Source of the DNA: Octopus sinensis
Lineage: Eukaryota
Length of the DNA stretch: 64,000 bases
Direction: 5' to 3'
Assembly (NCBI RefSeq): GCF_006345805.1
Contig: NC_043017.1
Location: 25,048,001-25,112,000 of the forward strand
The notes beneath the pieces are model-generated. The model did no database searches. It was given only the letters and a program-made list of their open reading frames with translations, and was not told the origin of the DNA. A program made the position numbers and the translations under genes. Below, piece after piece: positions 11,923 through 25,287 of the stretch. The first letter of the stretch is position 1. Each line of letters begins with the position of its first letter.

Positions 11923-13550
11923 GATTCATTCCGCTGAGGTCAACTTTGCCTTTCATCCTTTGGGGGTCGATAAATTAAAGTACCAGTTGTATACTGGGGT
12001 TAATGTAATCGACTGACCCCTCCCCTCCATATTTCAGGCCTTGTGCCTATCGTAGAAAGGATTAGGATTATTAGATTCATATGCATTTTGGACAAAATGC
12101 TTAGTGGTATTTCTTCCAGTTTGGTGTTCTGAGTTCAAATTCTGCCATGGTCGACTTTGCTTTCATCCCTTCAAGGTCGATGAAATAAATATCAGTTGAG
12201 CACTGGGTGGAGGTAATGAGGTATCCCCACCATTGTAATTTGGTGTTAGGAAGGGCATCCAGCTGTAAAAACCATGTCAAAACAGACACAAGAATATGAA
12301 GTAGTCTTTTGCCTGGCAAGCCATGCAAGCGATGCTGGCCTGGAAGGAGGATGTTAAATGATGATGATGTGGTGTGCTGGCAAAATTGTTACCATTCCAG
12401 ACAAAATGCCTGTTGGCGATTTCTTCCAGCTCTTTATGTTTTGAGGTCAGGTTTGCCTTTTGTCCTTTTGGGGGATCAATAAACTAAAGTACAAGTTGAG
12501 TACTGGTATTAATCAACTAACATCCTCCCACAAAAATCGCTGGCCTTATGCCAAAATAAGAAATAATTATTACTATTATTTTTATTATTATTAAGACAGC
12601 AAGCTGGCAGAATTGTTAGCACAGCGGGCAAACTGCTTAGCAGCACTTCTTCTGTCTTTATGTTCTGAGTTCAAATTCCACTGAGGTCGACTTTGCCTTT
12701 CATCCCTTTGGGGTCGATAAATTAAGTGCCAATTGAACACTGGAGTCGATGTAATTGACTCCTCTTCCCACACATTTGAGCCCTTTTGCCTCCAGTAGAA
12801 AAGATTATTATTATTATTATTATTATTGAGTGAGAGAGAAGCGCATGCCATCAAAGTGACACTGGGATACAAATATATGAAGCTCAATATACCCATCATG
12901 ACTACCCATCTGATAAGGGCACATGCACCACAACCATATGTACATGGCATGGTGATCTTATATTAAGGTAAACAGCACATGACCTTGCAAGTGGGGCCCA
13001 GTTAGAATTTTCTTCAGGTTGAGTAGCCCATCCAGCTCGAAAGCTCCCTAAATAAGGTTTGTTTAAGGATGATGAACGAAACACTCGTTTCCAGAGGTGA
13101 ATTATTCAAACCCCAAAGACTTCCTCTCAGCACATGTCTGTGATGCCCCCCCACTACGTCTGTTCATGATCAGAGATGCACATATTGTCAGCCACCAAAC
13201 TAGTGATGGTCAAGCAAATCTGTGGTATTGAGCAGAATATTTGCTGTAGCTCATCTTTTATACCATGACAAAACAATGTACATAACACAGCCAAATATTT
13301 TAAGATCAAAAGCCATGGGAGCCAGTGCCTGGTACTGCATCAGGGCATTTATTATTATTATTATTATTGGTGGATTAGCAGAATCATTTGTGCTGGAAGA
13401 ATTGTCTTGCAATATTTCGTCTGAGTCTTTACGTTCTGAGGTCAACTTGACTTTCATTCATCTAGGATCAGTAAAATATAGTACCAGTCAAATACTAGGG
13501 TAGATGGTATCAAACTAACCCTCTCCTCTTGAAATTACTAGCCTTGCAAC
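10551..13550 (+). mobile_element. Cluster of about nine co-oriented family A SINEs separated by (TTA)n
   Basis: Copies start near 10551, 10692, 10958, 11434, 11925, 12090, 12375, 12593 and 13370. Confidence 0.85.
11129..11347 (-). mobile_element. TTAA-type MITE family 1, inverted relative to 43-262
   Basis: TTAA on both sides, same TIR, highly similar to 43-262; splits a family A SINE. Older copies at about 28385-28577, 35708-35895, 39128-39342 and 40630-40815. Confidence 0.85.
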
Positions 13551-13889
13551 TAAACAGTTGTCATCATCATCATTTATTATTTCCTAAAATGACTTGTTTT
13601 TGGCCTCTCTACTCCATATGAAAACTTTTTTTCTCTTTCCTCGGTGGTTACTATAGCAACACATTAGTACGTAATTAATTAAGATACCGAAAATAGCATC
13701 AAGATAATCAAGATTATTAGAATATAGTGTTTTCTCCTCTCTTTATCCACCCCCTCTCTATGTTTTGTAACAATAATAGTTTGATGTTGCTTACTAAGAT
13801 AAGGGTTTTTTGATAAGATAGTCAGAAGAGGAAGGGTCGACCCCAAACTTTTTTCAGATTGAGTGTTATGTGATTGATGGTCTGCTTAA

Positions 13890-14098
13890 CCCTTGCCTTA
13901 CCATATTTCTACTGAACTATACTGCTTTTCTTTCAATAAATTTAGAAAATAATGGAAGATTTAGTGAAGTAACTTATTAAATTGATGTCGGAATCAAATT
14001 AACATGAAATTTTGATAGATTTTAATTTAGATCACTATGAAACTGGAAGTTTTTAGCATAGAACCAGGACAGTCTCAGATAGTTTGGTATCAAAAGGG
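13890..14098 (+). mobile_element. TTAA-type MITE, family 2
   Basis: ttaa-ccct...aaaggg-ttaa; related to 45050-45250, 49503-49723 and partial copies near 49170-49298 and 61605. Confidence 0.75.
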
Positions 14099-14192
14099 TT
14101 AAACGTGCCAAGCTGTATCAGCCTTTGCCATTCCCTTGGATGACATCAATGGTGTGGTGAGAAGAGGCTGGTATGCATGGGCGACTGCTGGT

Positions 14193-14597
14193 CTTCTATA
14201 AACAATCTTGCCTGGCCTTGTTCCCTGGAGAGGAACTTCTGGGTGCAATACCTGTTTCTTTACTACCCACAAGGGGCTAAACACAGAGGGGACAAACAAG
14301 GACAGACATAGGTATTAAGTCGATTACATTGACCCCAGTACGTAACTGGTACTTAATTTATCGACCCCGAAAGGATGAAAGGCAAAGTCGACCTCGGCGG
14401 AATTTGAACTTTCATCCTTTCGGGGTCGATAAATTAAGCACCAGTTACGCACTGGGGTCGATGTAATCGACTTAATACCTATGTCTGTCTTTGTTTGTCC
14501 CCTCTGTGTTTAGCCCCTTGTGGGTAGTAAAGAAATAGGTATTGCACCCAGAAGTTCCTCTCCAGGGAACAAGGCCAGGCAAGATTGTTTATGGAAG
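14193..14597. repeat. Foldback of a SINE 3' half plus its flank (189-bp arms 14193-14381 and 14409-14597)
   Basis: Arms reverse complementary with about 6 substitutions; 27-nt loop; partial third copy of the flank at 14605-14644. Confidence 0.9.
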
Positions 14598-14953
14598 CCC
14601 AATTTTGCCTGGCCTTGTTCCCTGGAGAGGCTGGGTGCAATACCATGGTCATTCATGACTGAAATGAGTCTTTATCCTTTAGTCCTTGGTGGCCATGTGA
14701 GAGAGAGAGAGAGCATGTTGGGGTTTGAACCTCTGTCAGTTTATTAAACGATTTTCTTTTGGATTTGGTTTAGTGGAGGTGCATCTGTTTCTTTGTTTGT
14801 CAAGCAAAAGCATTATGACTGTAGATATGAACAGTATTACAGGATGTGTCTTTAGCTATTTTTGTTGAGGGTTATTAACTCTGATCAGGGCTGAAGTGTT
14901 TCCTGCTTCTAAAGTGGAATCCTGATGTTTCCAATGTTATTTTGGCAGTGTTT

Positions 14954-14989
<36 letters not shown>

Positions 14990-16192
14990 GTGCTGCTGAT
15001 AGCTTTCTATTTGATTTGAAGAAAAATATGCTATGAAAATAATGAGATAACATGTAATACTCAGCTTGTTTATTTTATTTTACTGCGACAATAAAGCTTC
15101 CTCTCTCACTCGCTCTTTACATATGCATACATAGATACATACATATATATATAAATCCTTAAATCCTTAAAAATGTTTTAGCCCAAAGGCTATATGTATA
15201 TATATATATATTTACAAAAAAAAGATTTTGCAAAAAATTCTCGATACAGTCGCAATATTTGAAGAAAGATTTCCTTAAAATAAACATTATTAATTATATA
15301 ATAAGAAAAAACTTCAAACAGAACTTTCCAAAAGATTCATGTCATTCTGTTATTTGAAGAAAACCTTTCTTCAAATATATATACGCATACTCATTCATAT
15401 ATACATATGTATCATTTTGCTATTTATTAAAATTATATATAATTATACTCAAATACATACATATATATGTATTTTTTATATTTTTTTTAAATATGTACAA
15501 ATTCATTTATACATACACACATATATATATATGTATATGAAAATAAATTCTAAGGACATATTAATGTTTATCGTTTACATTTGCTTTTATTGATTATGAA
15601 TTCTAATAAAAAAAAAAGTCAATTGTTTTACTAATTTCCATGTTTCCTGTTTATTTGTTTTCTGTATTTACTTATTTTTTTGTTTGTTTATGTATTGATA
15701 AATCAACATTCCAATGTATGTACACTATTTGCAATTTGCATTTATGCTAAATCTGTGAGAATTTTTTTGTATTAAATTTATTTACTTTTTTGAGTAATCT
15801 AAGTTTTTTTTTTTGTTTTGCTATATGTATATAAACTCATCCCATACTTCCACATGCATTTTCAATTCAATTGATTGATAATTATGTAAAATAAAACTTG
15901 ATTAAATATGCAAAACACACACTAATGCATACATGCACTCTCAAATTATAAGCCACATCCAAAAATACAATAGGATCCAGAGGTTTGTTAAATGCAGTCC
16001 TTCTGTTTTATCATACTCGAGAAACACTCCAACATGAACTAGGGAGATCCTTGTTGCGACACACTGATGCATCGAAAAAACTGATCGCTTCTCTTAGCAT
16101 GCATGGTACATACTATGACACATTCATTCTTAATATATTCCAGCAGATTTGAATGTGAATATGTTAATTCCTGTTGTATTTCATGTTTACAG

Positions 16193-16302
16193 AACATCTT
16201 CTCCTTTCAGGCAGTCTGTGTTGACAACACACTCAACATCATTAATACAAGGAGACTTTGAGATACCAGTGTTTCAACCTGGTTGTGTCTCTTCAGTCAA
16301 AG
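16193..16302 (+). CDS. Candidate 110-nt cassette exon (TSSPFRQSVLTTHSTSLIQGDFEIPVFQPGCVSSVK), phase 2 to 1
   Basis: Acceptor tcatgtttacAG, donor AAG|GTACTC, open frame, unique sequence. Confidence 0.5.
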
Positions 16303-16945
16303 GTACTCCAGATCAAATAAATCTAAACAAGAATGGTAGCTTTTGTTTATAGAATTCAGTACACAAAGTCTTTGTTGATGTGTTCCAAGCCGATGATAAA
16401 ATGTGTGCCTGGAGGACAGTGAGAATCAGAACAATGACCTACCGTTAATATTGGTATGAAAAGTCAATCTAAGTAATTATCTCCATAAACTGCTCTAAGC
16501 CATAGTGGTCTAGCTCTGAAAGTTCCAAAAGTATCCTGTATCTGCCTTCTTTCCTGGCCCCAAACAATCCACACTCTATGGGACAGTTGTTGCAACCAAG
16601 GCATTTAAAATCTCAGATTGATTGGTCAGCAGGAGTTATCTCATATGATTTCTTGTCGTGGACAATATCACACGCCTTATGAATTTGTGTGTGTCTGTAT
16701 GTATATGTGTATGAATGAAGCTGATGATTCATTCCATCATCACTCTGTTTCTCGCTGCGTACGATCCTTCAGGTGGAAAAATAATGATGGTTATTGAATA
16801 CTCTTCCTCTTGCTTGTACACCCAAAATGTGTGTGGTGTATAACATATTTTGTAAATGTTTATCAGTTCATAGTATTTACAGACCTCAACTATTACTTTA
16901 AAAGGATCAAATTTGTTTGTGTAACAAGCAAAGTTTGAAAATATA

Positions 16946-17843
16946 TTGGGTTGAGGAATAATTAATGTGCGTGTTTTTTTTAAATTTAAAAATAGACGCA
17001 GAAATAAAACACCTTGACAGAATGTTTTATGTTTTTTGGAAGAATTTTTCGCGCTATGTGATAGTGTTTTGATTTTTTAATTTTATTGGTTTTTTTTCTA
17101 TTTTCAGATCATTAAAATGGAATGTCAAGTGGACAAAACTGAGCATTTTTGACACCATTTGCTTTTTGGATTTAACCAAGGTGTTAAACCTACCAAAGCT
17201 GCATGTGAGATTTGTGCTATGTATGGAGAAGGAGCAATTCCTGAAAGTACCACCCGCTGTTGGTTTTCATGCTTCAAAAATGGGAATTTTTACCTCGAGG
17301 ATGGCTCACACACACCGGTCAATCAAATGAGTTCGATGAACCTTGCCCATTGAGTGAAGGTGGTTCACCACAATTTTTTTTATCACAATCTGCTCTGCCA
17401 ATTCTCTGGTCATTGGCAGATTTTCTTGAAGAAGTTGATTATCGCTCTTCATTGAACTCAGTTGATTGACCGTTGTGTGATCCATCCTTGAGGTAAAAGT
17501 TCCCATTTTTGAATTGTGAAAACCAATGGTGGGCAGTACTTGGAGGCATTGCTCCTTCTCCATACACAACACAAATCTCATGAGCAGTTTCGGCAGGCTT
17601 AAAACTTTGATTAAATGCAAAAAGTAAACACTGTCAAAAATGCTCGGTTTTGTCCACTTCACATTCTATTTTAATGATCTGAAAATACACAACAATCAAT
17701 AAAATGAAAAATCAAAACATACTATCTTGTAGAGCCCAAAAATTCATTTTTAAATAACTTAAAACATTTTGCCAATGTATTTTATTTTTATGTACATTTT
17801 TAAATTTGTAAAAAAAACGCTCATGAATTATTCCTCAACCCAA
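16946..17843. mobile_element. Mariner-derived non-autonomous element built from two inverted 5' halves
   Basis: TIR ttgggttgaggaataatt / aattattcctcaacccaa with TA on both sides; decayed mariner HTH (LLFGFNQG..AACEICAMYGEGAIPESTTRCWFSCFKNGNF) on + and a homologous copy on -. Confidence 0.85.
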
Positions 17844-18479
17844 TATTTACTGAATTTTCTGTCCTTTGATGATATTTAGGACCCACCCTGAATGTGTGTG
17901 TGTATGTGTGTGTCTCAATGAAGCTTATACTGATGGTAAATGCAAAAGAGGACTAAATTATTTTATTAACTGGCATAGGTCATTCAAATTGTACATGTTG
18001 ATAGAAAAGCCTTCTTCTATACAAAGGTCCTTCACAACATAGTCTCTGTTATAAGTGATGCATTTGTGCTATCAATTTACATGTGCATTATTGTATCTGT
18101 TTCACGGCCACTTCTTTCTTGTCTTTGTCATCAGATCATTGTCCCCCAAAGACTGTCTTTCATTAGTCTGAACAGGTGGATGCTGGAAGGCACCAGGTCT
18201 AGTCTTTATGGTGGATGGGAGACTATTTATCACCCCAATTTGCTGAATCCCCTGATTTGTGGTCACATACTGTCATGATGAATGTGGGTCATTTTTCAGA
18301 TTCCCGTTTGGTCTCTTCCTCTGTCTTCTCTAAGCTTTTTGAGTGTCTCAATGTACAACTTGTTCATTGTGCAACCCTGTTCCAAAAACAGACAATGACT
18401 CCCTTGTCAGCCCCCAAAACAGCATGGCTTTCCATGTTGATCACTGGCTCTTGAATATTTTAGGCCTTAGATAATGGGT

Positions 18480-19400
18480 GTGACACGGCCACATTTTGTC
18501 TTCTGTCACCAGAGTGAGCAAAATAAATCCTGTCTTCATCGGGTTCAAATACTTCCAGCTAATCAGAGCATATTTCCACCCTTACTAGGTTCCCATCTTA
18601 GCACAAACTTTCCAATACCTAGTCTTCTGCCATCTTCTGTAATACATTGACTGCAGTCCATTTGTGCAGCAAGCTCATGGATAGTGTCTTGTCTGTCTGC
18701 ATGAATCACCTTGTGCACTTGCTGGCGATTCATGTCATTAGTTGCAGCTGATGATCTCCCTCTGCACAGTTTGTCTTCAGATGCTGGTTTTCATATACTA
18801 AGACTTCATTTCCAGATCATAAAGATACAGCCACATTTCATCTCCTGTCGGCCATTTGAGGAAAATAAACCCCGTCTTCACTGGAAATCTGATCAGAGCA
18901 GATTTCCATCCTTCCCTTCTTCAAACCTGATGTCATCTGCCGAGGTACCCCACTTGGCACACACATTCTGATACCTAGAGTTTTCCACCATCTATAATGT
19001 ATAGGCTACAATCCAGTTGTACACAGCAAGCTCATGGATAGTATCTTGTCTGTCTGCACAAATCACGTCATCCATTCACTGGTGATTCGTGTCAGTAGTC
19101 ACAGCTGATGATTTCTCGTTGCATAGTTGGTCTTCAAATGCTGATTTCCCTGTTTTTAAGCTTCACCTATCTTCTCACATGACTCTTATCAATGGTGTCA
19201 TCTCTTACCAACTTGTAGCCTTCTGTAAATGTCTGACGACAGCCTGTGTCCCCCCTTCGTCAAGATCTCAATGATTGCAAATTGCTTCTGCTTGGAACCC
19301 GTTATTTGCTTGTCATGGAAATCAGGGAGGTGATCTCTCTACCAACATGTGCAATTTGAACAACTTATATCAGTTTATAGAGAAGTTATATACCTACTTT
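18480..19400 (-). pseudogene. Decayed mariner transposase with an internal ~360-bp duplication
   Basis: Minus translation EDKLCRGRSSAATND..VHKVIHADRQDTIHELAA, GKFVLRWEP (WVP motif), LVTEDKMW (IVTGDETW motif); 18660-18810 repeated at 19020-19170. Confidence 0.7.
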
Positions 19401-19735
19401 CGTATTAGTATCAGCAGAGCTCTTGTATGGATGCTGGTTGGTACATTTTGTCAGGTGATGGCTGTGTCGTGAGAGACATCTGCATGTCAGGTCATCGTAA
19501 TGCATGCTTTCACAGCAGTTGAGTGTCCAGTTATAAACTAGCGTGAGGTGACTACTGGAAACTACTTCAGTCACTGGTTTGAATTAGTTTCTAGCTATAG
19601 ACTTTTCCTGATAAACAGCTACCCACAAGTCTGTAGGGCTATAGGACTTTTCTCTTAGGTAATTTTGCAGTGAACCCAGACACAAACCGGAATATTTCTA
19701 TGCTCTTGTGCAAACATATAAATACACACACACAA

Positions 19736-19782
<47 letters not shown>

Positions 19783-19863
19783 CACACATATACACACATG
19801 CATGCAATATAATTTAGATGAAAATCTGTTTTGCAGACCTTCATACATAGACCTGGCTGGTCT

Positions 19864-19911
<48 letters not shown>

Positions 19912-20501
19912 ATAGACATAGTTTTGGGTAAACTTCAGATTTCTCCATGTTCTCTTCTCTTCTCTTTTCTTTCTCTCTCTCTTTTTTTTTTCCAATATAT
20001 AAATTTTTTTCTTCTTCCACCAAACTCTGCCCATCTGTTTAAAACACTAACTGTTTGGGTCCTTCAGGTACAAAGAATTTCTTGTGGGATATGACCCTTA
20101 ACCAACTGAAGTTGAAGGGTAAGTCACCCTCACCCCTGTGTTGTGTTTCAATACCCTTTGTTGCCAGGTTTCTTTAGTTGGAATGTTTTTTATCATTTTG
20201 CTTTGTAAAAACTATGTTACTGTATTATTTCATTATTTCTAGCCCTTGCCCCTGTTTGTTCATCTCTTTTTGTTTTTTTTTTTCCGCTCCCCGCCAACCC
20301 TAGACTCCACTACAAATTACACTGCACATTTTTTTTTTGGCTATTTTGTGAATTTAAACATTTTTTTTTTTCCTGCTCCTTGCATGTTTGTTGTGTTTTT
20401 GTTGTCGATGTTGTTACCACATTGCTATTGCAATAGAGTTCTTATTTTTGTTCATTTCTATTTTATTTCATTCATTCATTTATTTTTGGATATTTATGAA
20501 G

Positions 20502-20528
20502 AAACCGCCCAAAAGCCTATCCTTCACG
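20502..20528 (+). CDS. Candidate 27-nt symmetric micro-exon (ETAQKPILH), phase 1 to 1
   Basis: Extended U-rich upstream region with TGCATG at 20381; AAG acceptor; donor CG|GTAGTT; frame-preserving. Confidence 0.55.
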
Positions 20529-21334
20529 GTAGTTGTATGTAGTAAAGGGATCTGAGTAAAGTTTCAGAATTTCAGATCTGCTCAGATCATAGTTTCAAAC
20601 CATTTTAAAGTCATTACGCTGTTGCCCTCTGAGGAAAGTCATCTAATTCTATTTGCAATACAACATTGTTGAAAATAGATACCACTCTTAACCCCCTAAT
20701 TAAATTACAATTAGATATGAAGAAGAGCACAAGGTTGTAGAAACAAACATTCACCCCAACTTGTGAATCCCATCAAGGTCAACTTTGTGTTCAATCCTTA
20801 CTGGTTTGATTAAATAAACGAACCAGTTAGGGGTCATTGGGATTAGTGACAGTAGTAATGTGTTGGATGAGGTAGTTTTATTCCAGTATATTTGTTCCAG
20901 CTCATTGCATTCTCATTCTGAACTGTTGTGTGGTGAACTTCATCCATTACCCAGATTAACACTACTACCTGATCCTTGGGTACTTTTAATGGAGTTCAAT
21001 CTGTTAGCAAGCATTTAGGCCAGATTAAGGATTTGAAGATAATATCCTTCCACTTACCAATCTGAGAAACCCTGAAAAAGATAAAGGGCTAATAGGTGCT
21101 GCCCTTTTGTGTCTGACTGAACAGTAACAAAAACAACTTTTTGACCCTTATTTAAAATAAATAAATGCTATTTCCAAACTGGCACATCATAAAAATGTTA
21201 GATGTGAAACCCCTAAAAACAGGCTTTGGTTGATATGAAATTCATTAGTTCCATTGTTTTGTTTCTTCATCTACAAATTGAAAAATGAGAGAACATATAA
21301 TCATGGTTATTTACTAATGTTTGTTGTGTTTCTT

Positions 21335-21600
21335 GTTCTTTTATTGTTGACTAACGGAATAAAATATCCCTTTAAACTAGGTATGTTATCTGCTAGCAGA
21401 ATAAACCCTATTTTCAAACTAGTCCTGTATCTTTTTTAACTAGTTGTTCTGTTATTTGCTAGCAAAATAAAATATAGCTTTAAATTAGTTCTGTTATTCT
21501 CTAATAGAATACAATATTCCTTTGAATTAGTTATTCTGTTATTCACTAATGGAACAGAATATGTTGTTCTTTTTTAACTAGTCCTGTTATTCACAGCTCC
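21335..21600. repeat. Degenerate ~43-bp tandem repeat
   Basis: Recurring gttat..gcta..agaataaaatat..tttaaactag. Confidence 0.65.
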
Positions 21601-22384
21601 TGTCTGATGTACCACAGTTCTTGAAATTTTGGGATAATTAGCAGGTTAGCATACAACCAGGAGAAATGACTGTTCTGTTTGTTGACCTCCTGCATTAAGG
21701 ATGTGCAATGATCTCCGTTGGTCTTTTCAGCAGCACATAATAGCATCCTAGTAGCTTCAATGCATCCAACACTTATCGCCCAAATATATAATGGTTTGTT
21801 CTCTTGGAATTATGTTACATTATAATGTAATCTGCAAGAAGGATAATTTACTTTAGACTTCACTTATATATTTTTAATGTGCTTCTCTTCTGCCGTTTGT
21901 ATTTCAGTTCTTATTAAAAACTTTTGTAACTTGCTTCAGATTAAATGTATTAAGAGTCTAACCTTAATTAGGGTTACAGAAATTGGCTGTTCCTTTTTTG
22001 ATGTTTGCTGCTGTTTCTTCTTCGTTGCTGATGATTTTTGCTTTACTTCCAAGAGATGATGTCTTGATGAAATATCTCACTTTAAGCCTCTTTGTAATTT
22101 AAAACACTTGAAAATTACTTTCATCTGCTTATTTGTTAATATATACATATATATAACGTTTTATTGATTATATCTACATAGTGTGTGTATGTGTGTTTTT
22201 GTATGTCATGCTCAATATAAACGTATGAGAAGAATGCGGAGTACAGCTTCGTGTGTGTGTGTGTGTGTAGATAGATAGAAAATGAGAGGAAAACACGAAT
22301 TTGGTATTTCTTTATTTCATCAGTTACACATGTTTCTGCGTTCAATAATCAATGAAGTCAAATTATAATTGTGGTTTATAATTG

Positions 22385-22980
22385 GGCATCCAGCTGTATA
22401 AACACTGCCAGATCAGACTGGGCCTGGTGCAGCCTTCTGGCTTCCCAGACCCCAGTTGAACCGTCCAACCCATGCCAGCATGGAAAGCGGACGTTAAATG
22501 ATGATGATGATGATGATGAATTAGCATTTGAGCATACTGAATGTGTCACTGGACCGAGTTAAAATCTGTATATAAGGAAGTTTATGTCTACTCACATCAA
22601 ACTGCCAAGTTACTGAATCTTTGTTTATGTGGGGTTCCAACTGTGGTGTCCCTGTAAATACATACCATATACATATGTATATATTATATATATATATGTG
22701 TACGGAAGCCAGTGGCACGTAAAATGCACCAATAAAATGCACCAATCCGATCGTGGCTGTTGCCAGCCTCGCCTGGCACCTGTGCAGGTGGCACGTAAAA
22801 AGCACCCACTACACTCACGGAGTGGTTGGTGTTAGGAAGGACATCCAGCTGTAGAAACACTGCCAGATCAGACTGGAGCCTAGTGCAGCCTTCTGGCTTC
22901 CCAGATCCCCGGTCGAACCGTCCAACCCATGCTAGCATGGAGAACGGACGTTAATCGATGATGATGATGATGATGATGAT
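22385..22980 (+). mobile_element. Two family C retroposon 3' ends with (GAT)n tails
   Basis: gcatccagctgt...tccaacccatgc.agcatgga...gacgttaa..gatgatgatg; other copies at about 8120-8285(-), 33810-33950, 38940-39078(-), 45465-45660(-), 48570-48855, 57365-57460 and 62245-62420(-). Confidence 0.8.
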
Positions 22981-24173
22981 GTGTGTGTGTTTATGTATAA
23001 GATATGAGAGACTATCTCTGTACAATTTCTGACTACTAAATTTCGCTTACCTGGTATTAGTTAAGCCATGCAGTGCAATGAAACTTGAAGTCATTTGGCT
23101 GTGAAGTGAAAACTGCTTAAGCACTCAGCCATGAACATATAAATATATATATAGGGGTTCCTATGTGTGTAGTTAGACATACAACTCCTACTGATGGTTT
23201 TATACCTCCATGTAGAGTATCATCATCCAGTTTTCTTTCAGTATAATGACATAATTATTACTGTACCTAGCAGCATTATTAGTTTGGATATTCAGAGAAA
23301 ATATAGGGAAAAATATGATGAACACAACATGGCCCTTATAACATTTATGTTCCCTGTGCATATTTTGTCATTGAGCCCCTTTGGCATCCTCTGCAGTGGG
23401 TGTTTATACTGCATTTGGATGCAGATCCACAACAGTTCTTCAGGGGAACACTGCATTACATTATGTTGAAACAGAATTCCCTGGAGAACTGTTGTAGGTC
23501 TGCATCGAAATAAACTATGGATATCCACTACAGAGGGTTCAAATAGTCAGTCACCATGGCAAAGCATGCACAGGGAATAAATAGCATAAACTGCATGTTG
23601 TGTTTATGCACACACACACCTTGAAAGGTTGTTGGTTATGGCCAGTCAGAGAGTGAGCATTGGTTTTGCAAGAACCTTATAAGTGCAAACCAATGGTCAC
23701 TCTCTGACTGCCGACCATAACCAGCAACCTTTTAAGCATTACTGCTTTTGAGTTTTAGAATGAGCTTCTATTCAGATTTATGAACTACTGACCGAAATAT
23801 GTGTGTGTGTATATATGTACATATGTATATGTAAATATGTGTATATGTATATGCGTATATGTATATATATGTGTGTATGTGTATATGCGTATATGTATAT
23901 GCATATATGTGTGTGCGTGTGTTTATGTGTGTGTGTGTATATATGTATGTATGTATGTATATAGATATAGGTACAGATATATACATAGTTGTGTTACATT
24001 AGGTTGTTTAGTTACTTTACCAGTGTATGGTTGAAACCAAACAATGAGTTTTCATGCTGTGTACTATATCTTATACCATACACTACTCTTCTACCGCTTC
24101 CTGCCAGGGTTGCATACCACCATTATCACAATCATTACTAAGTCTTTAATTCACTTTGTAGCTGCACAGCTTT

Positions 24174-24214
<41 letters not shown>

Positions 24215-24696
24215 ATTTATAAATTTGTTGCATGTAACCTTATGAAATCCAACATATATAACTGCATATAGACTACATTTATCCAAACGTCTGTATTTTA
24301 TATACCTTCAACTCTTTGCCTGTCCAAAGCATTTTCATAACTTTATCCAAAATGTCCAAATTTGTTTTCAGACTTTTGGTTTGCCCTTCTTTCATAAATG
24401 CTGAGCAATATAAAGCTTTCCTTTCACAAATCCCAACTTACTCCAGTGGCTGAAAAAAAAAAAATTAAGAATGTGTATCCTCTTTGATGCATAGAGGCCG
24501 GGGAAATAAATATGTCCTGTTTATTATATGTGATACACAAACCAGGCAAAGGGTTCATAACAACGGAATTTGTATTGTTTTGTTTATAACAATTCTTTTT
24601 ATTTCACTTGATGTATTTGTTCTTTTGGATTGTTCATCTCCCAATTGTGTGTGTGTGTGTGTTTTTTTTTTTGTTGTTTTTGCTGTTGTTGTCCAG

Positions 24697-24745
24697 TAAC
24701 TGGCCATGATGTGACCACTACTTCAGATCTTTCATCTTCAATCTG
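24697..24745 (+). CDS. Candidate 49-nt exon (VTGHDVTTTSDLSSSI), phase 1 to 2
   Basis: Strong T tract with TGC, CAG acceptor, donor TG|GTAACA; open in phase 1. Confidence 0.45.
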
Positions 24746-25013
24746 GTAACAGGATCATCCATGCCTTTTCTTCTCTTTCCTGCCCTCCTAAATCCCAAAG
24801 TAATTTGTTGCACATTTTTTATGATTATGTCCTGTATGTGATAAATCACATATGGGATATTGGATATCAGATATCGTTAGAGAAACACCACATTACAATA
24901 AACAGATGGCTTAAATGGTGGAACAATTCATTTTTAAACTGTATCAAGGAAATACCTAATATATAGTGATTATATGTAATATATGAATATTTGTGTGTAT
25001 GAGTATATATATG

Positions 25014-25118
<105 letters not shown>

Positions 25119-25162
25119 CATATATTATATATATATATATATACATACATATATATATATAT

Positions 25163-25287
<125 letters not shown>

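Noticed and set aside
17159-17353. 64-aa ORF as a SETMAR-like host gene
   Set aside because: Decayed HTH inside a TIR-bounded element, with an upstream stop and a frameshift.
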